A stretch of DNA of 64,000 nucleotides, from positions 372,001-436,000 of the forward strand of contig NZ_JMCB01000006.1 of assembly GCF_000737315.1 (NCBI RefSeq). Direction: 5' to 3'. Made by a program: the position numbers and the translations under genes. The notes below the pieces were generated by a model. It was not told the origin of the DNA, did not search any database, and saw only the letters and a program-made list of their open reading frames with translations. Shown in pieces: positions 49,501-57,944 of this stretch (positions are counted from its first letter, which is position 1; every line of letters starts with the position of its first letter). Origin of the DNA: Hyalangium minutum. Its GTDB lineage: Bacteria; Myxococcota; Myxococcia; Myxococcales; Myxococcaceae.

Positions 49501-50598
49501 TCAGCGCACGGCTCCAGGGCCCACCTCCAGAGCCTCGCTCTTACTGGCCAGACACGCCATGAGATCGTTCCAGGACTTCGAGAAGGAGTCCGCGCCCTCA
49601 TGCTGGAGCTGCTCGGCCAGGGCTTCTACGTCCACGCCGGCGGCCATGAACTCGGCGATGACGCTCCTGGAGTCCCCACCATCCCGAGGCAGGCTCTGCC
49701 CCACCCGCCCGTGGTCCACGAAGGCCAGCAGGGTGCTCTCCGGCAGGGTGTTGATGGTGTCCGGCGCCACGAGCGCCTCCACATAGAGCGTGTCGCGCGC
49801 GTTGGGGTCCTTGGTGCTGGTGCTGGCCCACACCAGCTTCTGCATGGAAGCGCCCTCGGCCTCCAGGTGGCGGACGCGGCGGCTCTCCCCCAGCCCACAG
49901 TACGCCCGGTAGGTCCGCTGTCCCACGGCGATGCCCAGCCGGTTGCGCAGCGCCTCGGGCACCTTGCCCTCCACCGCCTTGTCCCAGCGGCTGATGAAGA
50001 GCGAGGCCACCGACGGTACATCCGGCGAGAGCCCGTCCTGCAGCCGCCGCTCGATGCCCCGCATGTACGCGTTGGCGGCGGCCAGGTACTGCTCGGCCGA
50101 GAAGAGGAGCGTCACGTTGATGGGCACCCCCGCGTAGATGGCCTCCTCGATGGCTCGCAGGCCCGCGTGCGTGCCCGGAATCTTGATGAACAGGTTGGGC
50201 AGGCTGGCGCGCGCATGCAGCGTGAGCACCTGCTCCAGCGTGGGCACCGGCTGCCAGGCGAGCAGCGGAGACACCTCCAGCGACACCCAGCCGTCCTCGC
50301 CCTGCGTGCGCTGGTGGATGGGCCGGAAGAAGCTCGCCGCCCGCGACAGGTCCTCCAAGGCGAGCTGGAAGAAGAGCGCCTCCCCACGCAGACCCCGCTC
50401 CACCCCCATGCGGATAGACTCGTCATAGTCCCCACCCTTGCGGATGGACTGTTCGAAGAGGGTGGGATTGGACGTCATTCCCGTGACGCCCAGGTCCTCG
50501 ATGTAGTGCCGCAGCGTGCCCTCATTGAGCATCCGGCGGGTGATGGCATCCAGCCAGATGCTCTGTCCGGCCTCCTTCAGCGCCCGAGTCGCGATCAT
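49501..50598 (-). CDS. tal: Transaldolase (long, Tal2-type)
   Basis: GQSIWLD, GMTSNPTLFE, VSLEVSP, FIKIPGT (Schiff-base Lys), NVTLLFS, WASTSTK and TINTLP. Confidence 0.95.
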   Translation of the reverse strand: MIATRALKEAGQSIWLDAITRRMLNEGTLRHYIEDLGVTGMTSNPTLFEQSIRKGGDYDESIRMGVERGLRGEALFFQLALEDLSRAASFFRPIHQRTQGEDGWVSLEVSPLLAWQPVPTLEQVLTLHARASLPNLFIKIPGTHAGLRAIEEAIYAGVPINVTLLFSAEQYLAAANAYMRGIERRLQDGLSPDVPSVASLFISRWDKAVEGKVPEALRNRLGIAVGQRTYRAYCGLGESRRVRHLEAEGASMQKLVWASTSTKDPNARDTLYVEALVAPDTINTLPESTLLAFVDHGRVGQSLPRDGGDSRSVIAEFMAAGVDVEALAEQLQHEGADSFSKSWNDLMACLASKSEALEVGPGAVR

Positions 50599-50702
50599 GC
50601 CCCGCGCTCCTTCCCAGGGAGACGGTCGAGCCACGCCTCCTCTCTAAAGCGGAAGGTGTGCATCCTGGCGCGGGGCCGCAGTCCTTGGCGGGGACACCTC
50701 GC

Positions 50703-52166
50703 TCAGCCCTTGAGCACCGCCAGGGGCACCAGCCGAGCCACCTTCCCCGCGATGCCCGCGGTGTCCACCGTGTCCACCACCCGATCGACATCCTTGTAGG
50801 CCGTGGGGGCCTCCTCCGCGAGCTCCGCGTTCGAGGGGCACTCCACGCTGATGCCCTGGGCGCTCAAGGCCTTGCGCAGCTCCGCGCCGGCCACCTGCTG
50901 CTTCGCGGCGGCCCGGCTCAGCTGCCGCCCCGCCCCATGACAGGCGCTGCTGAAGGAGACGGCCTGGGACTCGCTCCGCCCCACCATCACGAAGGAGGCC
51001 GTCCCCATGCTGCCAGGGATGAAGACCGGTTGGCCCACCGGCTGGTAGGCCTCGGGCAGCTCCGGGTGCCCTGGACCGAACGCCCGTGTGGCCCCCTTGC
51101 GGTGCACGCACAGGCGCCGGCCACCGTACGTCTCCAGCTTGGCGATGTTGTGCGCCACGTCGTAGACGACATGCGGCCAGGCTTCGGGCCGAGGGCCCAG
51201 TCTCCGGCTGAACACCTCGCGCACACGGTGGGTGAGCACCTGCCGGTTGGCCCAGGCGAAGTTGGCCGCCGCGCACATGGCCGCGTAGTAGCCCTGGCCC
51301 TCGGCGGACGAGAACGGCGCGCAGGCGAGCTGCCGGTCCACCAGCCGCAGGCCTTCACGCGCCAGGGCCCGGTCCATCTCGCGCACCCAGTCCGTGCAGA
51401 CCTGGTGCCCCAGCCCGCGCGAGCCGGTGTGGATGAGGATCGTCAGCTGGCCCTCGAACAGCCCCAGCGCCTCCGCGGCCCCCGCGTCGTAGATGCGCTC
51501 CACCCGCTGCATCTCGATGAAGTGGTTGCCGCCGCCCAAGGTCCCGAGCTGATCACTCCCCCGCTCCCGGGCCCGGACGGAGACCTGGGCCACGTCCGCA
51601 CCCGCAAGGTGCCCTCCCGCCTCGATGTAGGAGAGGTCCTCCCCCGCTCCCAGCCCCAAGCCATGCACCACATAGGGCACCCCCTCCGCGAGCACCCGCT
51701 CGAGCTGCTCCGGGCTCAGGACCCACCGGCCGTGGCGGCCAAAGCCCGTGGGAATGCTCCGGGCCAGATCGTGCGCCAGGGCGGGCACCGCCTCCTTCAC
51801 ATCCTCGTGCAGGAGCCCGGTGGAGAGCAGCCTCACACCGCAGTTGATGTCGAACCCAATCCCCCCGGGAGAGATGACCCCATCGGGAAGCAAGGTGCCC
51901 GCCACACCGCCCACGGGGAAGCCGTAGCCCTCGTGCATGTCCGGCATGCCGATGGCGAACCCCTGGATGCCCGGCAGCGTCGTCACATTGACGAGCTGGA
52001 GCAGGCTGCGATCGCGGAACATCTGCCGGAGCAACACCTCATCGGCGACAATCCGGGCGGGCACGCGCATGTCCGAGCGGAACCGGGGATCCAGCTCGTA
52101 GAGCGCCGGACCCAATTGGCGGAGGAGCGGCTCGAGCCGTGTGAGGACTTCGGCGGTGGGTTCCAT
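50703..52166 (-). CDS. rtcB: RtcB-family 3'-phosphate/5'-OH RNA ligase (long archaeal/eukaryote-like type)
   Basis: MPDMHEGYGFPVGG, GFDINCGVR, GGGNHFIE, IHTGSRG, HNIAK, HRKGAT, SACHGAGR and C-terminal LKG. Confidence 0.96.
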   Translation of the reverse strand: MEPTAEVLTRLEPLLRQLGPALYELDPRFRSDMRVPARIVADEVLLRQMFRDRSLLQLVNVTTLPGIQGFAIGMPDMHEGYGFPVGGVAGTLLPDGVISPGGIGFDINCGVRLLSTGLLHEDVKEAVPALAHDLARSIPTGFGRHGRWVLSPEQLERVLAEGVPYVVHGLGLGAGEDLSYIEAGGHLAGADVAQVSVRARERGSDQLGTLGGGNHFIEMQRVERIYDAGAAEALGLFEGQLTILIHTGSRGLGHQVCTDWVREMDRALAREGLRLVDRQLACAPFSSAEGQGYYAAMCAAANFAWANRQVLTHRVREVFSRRLGPRPEAWPHVVYDVAHNIAKLETYGGRRLCVHRKGATRAFGPGHPELPEAYQPVGQPVFIPGSMGTASFVMVGRSESQAVSFSSACHGAGRQLSRAAAKQQVAGAELRKALSAQGISVECPSNAELAEEAPTAYKDVDRVVDTVDTAGIAGKVARLVPLAVLKG

Positions 52167-52199
52167 GCGTGCCTCGAAGCGGCGGGGGCCGCGCTGAGC

Positions 52200-52625
52200 T
52201 CAGACATCGAGCACGAGGGTGGCGGTGAAGCGATCCTCGTGCTCCCGAATCTCCAAGCCATGAAAGGTGGCGGCCTTCACCGCGGTCTTGAGCACCGTGG
52301 GCTCCTGGCCGCGAATCCGTGCGCGCAGCGTCCGGTCCGTCAGCTCATCCACCCTCAGGTGCGTGTAGACACGCTTCCACAGGTCCGAGCGGGAGATGAG
52401 CTCGTTGAGCCAGTCGACGAGCAGCGCCTCGGTGTCCACCGCCTCGAGCAGGACGAACTCCAGCTCGGCCTCGGGCGGTGTCTCCGGCAGCGGGTCGCCG
52501 AGCATGAGCTCGGCCAGTGCGTACCCCGCTTCCTCGAAGAGCTCGGGCAGGCTGGTGCCCGCGATGCGGATCTGCACCTCGCCGGTGTGTGGCTCGAACT
52601 GGTAGGAGCCCGGCTCCACGACCAC
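52200..52625 (-). CDS. Archease (RtcB activator); start may be GTG 52619
   Basis: FEPHTGE (HTAD-like), LLVDWLNELI, VKAATFHGL and C-terminal LDV. Lies 33 nt upstream of rtcB. Confidence 0.92.
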   Translation of the reverse strand: MVVEPGSYQFEPHTGEVQIRIAGTSLPELFEEAGYALAELMLGDPLPETPPEAELEFVLLEAVDTEALLVDWLNELISRSDLWKRVYTHLRVDELTDRTLRARIRGQEPTVLKTAVKAATFHGLEIREHEDRFTATLVLDV

Positions 52626-52732
52626 CTCCCTGGGCAGGCGTCTCCCCTCAAGGTGGAGGTGCCCCGGGATGCAGGCAACAGGTGGAGCCGGGAGACAGGC
52701 GGCAGGCCGTGCGAGCCGCTGCCCCTCCCGGC

Positions 52733-53200
52733 TCAGGGAGAGGCCGGGCTGTCCAGGTAGGCGCTGACGCCCTGCCAGGACTCATGCACCGCGCGATCAT
52801 TCGCGAGCGCGCTCTCATACGTGACGCCCTGGTGGGTGCGCAGCCGCAGGTGCGAGCGCAGCCGCTCGGCTTGGGCCAGCTCGATGCGGGACAGCGTCAC
52901 GGTGTGCGCGGGGAACAGGTAGTGCAGGCGCACCTCGTCATCGAGTAGCTCCACCCGGTAGAACCCCTGGAGCGTGGCGGCGTACATCACCCCGAACAGC
53001 AGCCCGAACACGCCCACGCACAGCACCGCCGCCAGCGGCGCGGGCAGTCCCGGCGCATCGCGGAAAGGCGACCGGCGCCAGGGCCAGCTCATCAGCCCCG
53101 CGTAGAGCGCCAGCGAGACGCCCAGCGCGAACATCAGGAGGATGATGAGCCCCACCGTGGCTCCCCAGGCACTGCACAGCTCGTAGATCATCGTCATCAT
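52733..53200 (-). CDS. Hypothetical membrane protein
   Basis: Two hydrophobic helices followed by a short beta-rich segment. Confidence 0.65.
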   Translation of the reverse strand: MMTMIYELCSAWGATVGLIILLMFALGVSLALYAGLMSWPWRRSPFRDAPGLPAPLAAVLCVGVFGLLFGVMYAATLQGFYRVELLDDEVRLHYLFPAHTVTLSRIELAQAERLRSHLRLRTHQGVTYESALANDRAVHESWQGVSAYLDSPASP

Positions 53201-53207
53201 GCGGAGG

Positions 53208-53732
53208 TCAGTTCAGGAAGTCCGGCAGCATGGGCAGGCCGTGGAAGAAGTTGCGGCCGTTCTCGAAGCGGCGGATGAAGCCGGCGCGGTCCAGCAGGAA
53301 CATGTCCGCCATCTCCGCCTCGCCGTATGAGCGGAAGAACGCGGCGCGGGCCTCGTCACAGGCGATCTCGTACTGGCGGGAGAGGGCCTCCCACTCCTCG
53401 GGGGCCTCACCGGGGGCCCAGCTCTTGTCCTCGGGCAGGCCGTAGTCCTGCTCCATCGTCTCCAGCTCGCGGCCCAGCTCGCGCACCTTCGCGTCTTCCG
53501 GGAGGGCCTCGTCCGCCATGGCCAGGAGGATGTGCACCACGAGGAAGAAGCCCGCGTCCACCGGCACCGCCCCCGTGTCCCGCGCCTCGCGGAACGTCAC
53601 CAGGAGCTGGGCGTCCAGCGCATCCCCGTCGAGATCCGACAGGCGCCGCGCCAGCTCCCTCAGCTCCTGCTCCCGCTCGGCCGGGTCTTCCGCGTCCGGG
53701 GCGGACGACTTGCCATGTCGTGTCTTTTTCAT
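53208..53732 (-). CDS. Hypothetical acidic helical protein
   Basis: ATG 53732 preferred over the track start at 53837. The next gene starts 7 nt after its stop. Confidence 0.6.
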   Translation of the reverse strand: MKKTRHGKSSAPDAEDPAEREQELRELARRLSDLDGDALDAQLLVTFREARDTGAVPVDAGFFLVVHILLAMADEALPEDAKVRELGRELETMEQDYGLPEDKSWAPGEAPEEWEALSRQYEIACDEARAAFFRSYGEAEMADMFLLDRAGFIRRFENGRNFFHGLPMLPDFLN

Positions 53733-53885
53733 GGTCTCTCCCGCGTTCACACCCCAGAGCGTCTCATGTGGGTCTGACTCCTTTTCCCCTGGGCTCTGAC
53801 GCTTGCCGGGGGGCTTCTTGTGCCCGGGGATGTCCAACTCACGACGTCGGATTCCCGTTGTGTGCGGCAGTGAAACGCACCGCGC

Positions 53886-54434
53886 GTGTCCCCGCGCTCA
53901 CACAGAGGCGCTAAGGTGGGCAAAGCCGTGTCCCACACCTTCTCCCTGCGCCCAGTCAGCCCCTCGGACGACACGTTCCTCTTCGAGCTGTACGCCAGCA
54001 CCCGCGCGGAGCTCGCGGCGCTGGGGCTCGGCGAGGCTCAGCGTCAGCTGCTCCTGAGGGTGCAGTGGATGGCGCAGCGGCAGGGCTACCAGTCGCGCTA
54101 TCCGCACAGCGAGCACCAGCTCGTGCTCGTGGAGGGGCGCCCCGTGGGACGCCTGTGGGTAGCGCGCGAGCCCGAGGAGCTGCGACTGGTGGATGTGTCG
54201 CTGCTGCCCTCGCACCGAGGCAGCGGCGTGGGCACCGGGCTGCTGCGAGCGCTCCAGCAGGAGGCCGCCACCACGGGCAAGCCGCTGCGCCTGAGCGTCG
54301 CGCGAGACAACCCGGCCCAGCGGCTCTATGCGCGGCTCGGCTTCACACCCGTGGGCGGAGCGGAGACCGGTGTGGATCCGTACCTCGCGCTCGAGTGGAG
54401 GCCCGCGCCGCGCGAGGGAGAGCGCGGGACCTGA
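53886..54434 (+). CDS. GNAT acetyltransferase of the type found with tail-collar (MdpB-like) genes (start may be GTG 53928)
   Basis: LRPVSPSDDTFLFELYASTR, QWMAQRQGYQSRYP, LVDVSLLPSHRGSGVG and NPAQRLYARLGF. Confidence 0.85.
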   Translation: MSPRSHRGAKVGKAVSHTFSLRPVSPSDDTFLFELYASTRAELAALGLGEAQRQLLLRVQWMAQRQGYQSRYPHSEHQLVLVEGRPVGRLWVAREPEELRLVDVSLLPSHRGSGVGTGLLRALQQEAATTGKPLRLSVARDNPAQRLYARLGFTPVGGAETGVDPYLALEWRPAPREGERGT

Positions 54435-54445
54435 GTCCCCTCTGG

Positions 54446-54483
54446 AAACACAACGGCCCGCGAGCAGGAGTGCCCGCGGGCCG
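54446..54483 (-). terminator. Hairpin between convergent GNAT and collagen-like genes, U-tract on the minus strand
   Basis: CGGCCCGCG (54454-54462) pairs with CGCGGGCCG (54475-54483). AAACACAA lies on the left, read as TTGTGTTT on the minus strand. Confidence 0.55.
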
Positions 54484-54511
54484 CTGAGCCCAGCAAGAGC
54501 GCCGCGCTACC

Positions 54512-56539
54512 TCAGAGCAGGTTCTCGGGCGCGGCCACCACGAGCTGGATGATGTGCCCGGCGCTGCCCGCTTGAGCGGCAGTCGGAGCACCCGCCACGC
54601 CCGTTGCCACGCCTCCACCGTTGCCTCCATTTCCACCGCAGGCGCCACCGCCAAAGCCTGCAATGTTGGACGCCGCGGCCAACGCGTCCGTCCCCGGAGC
54701 TCCACCGTTCGCCTGCACCGTTCCCGTCACGGAGATGGGGTTGACGGAGATGAGGTGGATGATGCCACCGCCACCGCCTCCGCCCGCGCCCGCGCCCGTC
54801 GTCGTGGTGCTGGTGTTGTCGTTGGCCGCTCCGCCGTTGCCGCCGTTGGCACGGATGGACCCTCCCACGGTGATGTTGCCCCGGGACGCGATGACGATGA
54901 TGCCACCGGCTCCACCGCCCGGCCCTCCCACGTCGGAGACGGAGACGCTCTTGGTGGCCGTGTTTCCATTGGCGTTGATGGCTCCACCCACGGGAATGGA
55001 CACGTTCCCCTGGGCCACGATCACGAGGAAACCGCCTCCCTCGCCGCCCGTTCCCATGTTGGTGCCTCCCCGGTCTCCCGAGCCACCCGCCACGGTGCTG
55101 GCCTTCGTGAGCCGCGCCGCCGCCATCAGCGACACCCCCGTGCCTCCGTGGAAGGCGCCCGGGATGCCGCGGGCGACACCCGGGTTCGGCGGACCGTTAC
55201 CCGCGTCCTCGGCCCCCGTCTGCACGGTGACGGTGCCCGTGATGGTGACATCCCCTGTCGCCCGCAGCACCGTCCCGCTGGGCACGATGAGGCCGCCGGC
55301 GATGTTGATGTTGGTGAACTGCGTGTTCGTCCTGAACGGCTGCGCGTTGACGACCGAGGTGTTGGAGAGGTCCAGCGTGTTGCCCAACGCGAGGTTGAGC
55401 GCCCCAGCTGAGCCATCGCCATAGGCGGCGAACGCTCCCGAGGGACCTTGAGGTCCCGCCGGGCCCTGCGAACCTTGGGGACCCGTGGCACCCGTAGCGC
55501 CCGCCGGACCCGTGGCACCCGCCGGACCCTGGATGCCCTGGGGCCCTTGCGCGCCATTGCACACGTAGCGCGTCAGCGCGGCGTTCACCTCGCTGGTGTC
55601 GAGCGTCCCGTTGCGGTTGCTGTCCGCACCCAGCTCCAGCTTGATGCCGCTCGTGGCGCAGTTGGCCCCCGCAGCCTCCGCCGCCGTCCGGGCCAGCGTG
55701 GCCAGACCGTCCGCGCCCGCCGGACCCGCCGGACCTGTCGCACCGGCAGAACCCGGGGCGCCCTGCGGACCCGTCGGACCCGCCGGACCTGCCGGACCCG
55801 TGGCTCCCGCTGGACCCGTCGCACCGGCTGCACCCGGAGTGCCCTGCGGACCTGCCGGACCCGCTTCGCCCTGCGCGCCCTGCGGACCCACGGCGCCCTG
55901 CGGACCCTGCGCGCCGTTGCACACGTAGCGCGTCAACGCGGCGTCCACCTCGTTCACATCCAGCGTGCCGTCCCGGTCCGTGTCGCTGCCCACTTCCAGC
56001 TTCGTGCCACCCGTGGCGCAGTTGGCTCCCGCGGCCTCGCTCGAGGTCGCCACCAGCGTGGGCACACCCGCCGGACCCGCAGGCCCCTGCGCACCCTGAG
56101 TTCCCGCCGGGCCCTGCGCGCCCGTGTCGCCCGTGTCACCCTTGGCGCCCGCAGCGCCTGCCGGGCCCTGCGCGCCGTTGCACACGTAGCGCGTCAACGC
56201 GGCGTCCACCTCGGAGTCATCCAGCGTGCCGTCCCGGTCCGCGTCCGGCCCCACCGTGAACCGCACGCCGCCCAGCGCACAGTTCGTCCCAGGCAGCTCG
56301 GCCGCCGTCGCCACCAGCGTCCGCAGGCCCTCCGGTCCCGCTGGGCCCTGGGGTCCTCCCGCCGGGCCAGGCTCACCTTGAGGCCCCGTCGGACCTGCCG
56401 GACCCACCGGACCCGATGGGCCGGCCTCTCCCTGAGGGCCCTGCGGCCCGGTGGAACCCGAGCACGCGGACAGCACCATCACCGCCGAGACCGGCAGCAC
56501 CCGGAACCAGTGCCAGCCGAAGAGACGCGTCTTCTTCAT
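54512..56539 (-). CDS. Collagen-like lipoprotein with three Cys-paired EF-hand-like repeats (DUF7151-like) and a Gly-rich C-terminal domain
   Basis: ATG 56539 and lipobox LSAC. Four G-X-Y blocks of 14, 12, 23 and 13 triplets are separated by E.PG.NC..GG...D.D.DGTLD..EV...YVCNG modules. The track start at 56758 is an over-extension. Confidence 0.88.
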   Translation of the reverse strand: MKKTRLFGWHWFRVLPVSAVMVLSACSGSTGPQGPQGEAGPSGPVGPAGPTGPQGEPGPAGGPQGPAGPEGLRTLVATAAELPGTNCALGGVRFTVGPDADRDGTLDDSEVDAALTRYVCNGAQGPAGAAGAKGDTGDTGAQGPAGTQGAQGPAGPAGVPTLVATSSEAAGANCATGGTKLEVGSDTDRDGTLDVNEVDAALTRYVCNGAQGPQGAVGPQGAQGEAGPAGPQGTPGAAGATGPAGATGPAGPAGPTGPQGAPGSAGATGPAGPAGADGLATLARTAAEAAGANCATSGIKLELGADSNRNGTLDTSEVNAALTRYVCNGAQGPQGIQGPAGATGPAGATGATGPQGSQGPAGPQGPSGAFAAYGDGSAGALNLALGNTLDLSNTSVVNAQPFRTNTQFTNINIAGGLIVPSGTVLRATGDVTITGTVTVQTGAEDAGNGPPNPGVARGIPGAFHGGTGVSLMAAARLTKASTVAGGSGDRGGTNMGTGGEGGGFLVIVAQGNVSIPVGGAINANGNTATKSVSVSDVGGPGGGAGGIIVIASRGNITVGGSIRANGGNGGAANDNTSTTTTGAGAGGGGGGGIIHLISVNPISVTGTVQANGGAPGTDALAAASNIAGFGGGACGGNGGNGGGVATGVAGAPTAAQAGSAGHIIQLVVAAPENLL
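55441..56460 (-). repeat. Intragenic collagen (GXY)n tracts alternating with three ~50-codon modules
   Basis: Near-identical CCGTTGCACACGTAGCGCGTCAACGCGGCGTCCACCTC segments near 55915 and 56175, and a variant near 55555. Confidence 0.85.
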
Positions 56540-56835
56540 GAATGAACCCTCATTCCGGGAGATTCCCCCGGAGGGAGGCGGGGCGCCCAAGACACCCAAG
56601 GAGCCCCGCGGTGGACGAGACGTGCGGGGCTGCGCACGGTGCCTTGCGAGGAATTCACCGAGTCTCGCGCGGGAGTGAAACCGTGGCGAGCATTCAGCGG
56701 GTAGTCCACGCGGATCCGACCCGGCCTCCCGAGCAATCCGGGCTTTCACGGCCTCCACATCCAGCGAATCCTTTTCCCCCCTTCATCCTCGTGGTTTGTT
56801 CACCGCCCCACACTTTGTGCGAAAGGATGTGACGC

Positions 56836-57366
56836 ATGTCGGAGCCGTTCCTCGGAGAGATCCGGATGTTTTCAGGCAACTTCGCGCCGAGCGGCTGGGC
56901 TCTCTGCGATGGCCAGTTGCTGTCCATCGCGCAGAACTCCGCGCTGTTCTCCATCCTGGGCACCACCTTCGGAGGGAATGGGCAGACCACGTTCGCCCTG
57001 CCGGACTTGAGAGGCCGGGTGCCCATGGGATGGGGCCAGGGGCCAGGGCTGTCACCGCGAACGATAGGGGAGCAGAGCGGCTCGGAGACCGTCACGCTCA
57101 TCGCCACCCAGATGCCCGCTCACACCCACGCGATGATGGCCAACAGTGGCCAGGGCACTCAGTTCACCCCCGAGGGCGCCGTGAGCGCGGCGGCGGTCGA
57201 GTCGACGCAGCAGCCCCTGAACCTCTACAGCACCACGCCCAACACCACCATGTCCCCTCAGGCCATCGGCATCGCTGGTGGCAGCCAACCCCACCAGAAC
57301 ATGCAGCCCTTCCTGTGCATCAGCTTCATCATCGCGCTCCAGGGCATCTACCCCTCGCGCGGCTGA
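56836..57366 (+). CDS. Phage tail-collar domain protein (microcystin-dependent protein MdpB-like)
   Basis: PFLGEIRMFSGNFAPSGWALCDGQLL, LFSILGTTFGGNGQTTFALPDLRGRVP and PHQNMQPFLCISFIIALQGIYPSR. Confidence 0.92.
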   Translation: MSEPFLGEIRMFSGNFAPSGWALCDGQLLSIAQNSALFSILGTTFGGNGQTTFALPDLRGRVPMGWGQGPGLSPRTIGEQSGSETVTLIATQMPAHTHAMMANSGQGTQFTPEGAVSAAAVESTQQPLNLYSTTPNTTMSPQAIGIAGGSQPHQNMQPFLCISFIIALQGIYPSRG

Positions 57367-57367
57367 G

Positions 57368-57835
57368 TCAGTGTCCGGAGGCCGAGGGCGCTCGCGCGGC
57401 GCTCTCGGTCCCGGGGCCCTCGGGCGCGAAAGTGCGCCGGTAGAAGGGCCACGCGTCATAGAGATACAGCGTGAAGGGCGCCCACCAGATGAAGTCGTTG
57501 GTGAGGCAGAGCACCAGCGTCGCCGGGGGCCACTCGCCCTGGAGGATGAGGGCGGCCAGGCCGATGGGCCCGAGCAGCTTGCCCAGCAGACCCACCGCCG
57601 CCAGCAGGAAGCCGTGCTCCGGCCGCCGCGCCACCTCCGCGTAGCAGATGCCGTACACGCCAATCACCATGCCCAGGCACGCGAACATCGCCGGGTGGTT
57701 GAGGGAGGGCATGCCCGCGAAGCGGAAGAGCCACTGAGGATCCACCGCCGCGTACAGCCCCCACAGCACGTTGTAGACCGCGGCGGCCGAGAACACCGCG
57801 CGGTGCAGGGTGCGACGCTTCATCACCGGGAGCAT
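57368..57835 (-). CDS. Hypothetical multi-pass membrane protein
   Basis: About four hydrophobic helices and host-like codons. Confidence 0.75.
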   Translation of the reverse strand: MLPVMKRRTLHRAVFSAAAVYNVLWGLYAAVDPQWLFRFAGMPSLNHPAMFACLGMVIGVYGICYAEVARRPEHGFLLAAVGLLGKLLGPIGLAALILQGEWPPATLVLCLTNDFIWWAPFTLYLYDAWPFYRRTFAPEGPGTESAARAPSASGH

Positions 57836-57865
57836 AGCCGCACTGCCGCTCCGGGCGTTGCTTCC

Positions 57866-57916
57866 AAAAAATGCCGAGCCTCGGGCCGCTCCCTCTCAAG
57901 CGGCCCGAGGCCTCGG
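57866..57916 (-). terminator. Intrinsic terminator of the S8 peptidase gene
   Basis: GCCTCGGGCCGCT pairs with AGCGGCCCGAGGC (13-bp stem). The A6 run on the left is a U6 tract on the minus strand. Confidence 0.78.
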
Positions 57917-57944
57917 TCCCTTCACCAGGCGGGGGTATGCCTGG

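Noticed and set aside
56600-56700. c-di-AMP (ydaO) riboswitch suggested by GCTGAAT and GGTGAAT on the minus strand
   Set aside because: The other conserved blocks (GGAA..GGGGG and CCGTCAGCTAAC) are absent.
56836-57366. Prophage or contractile injection system implied by the tail-collar gene
   Set aside because: There are no sheath, tube, baseplate, capsid, terminase or integrase genes in the window.
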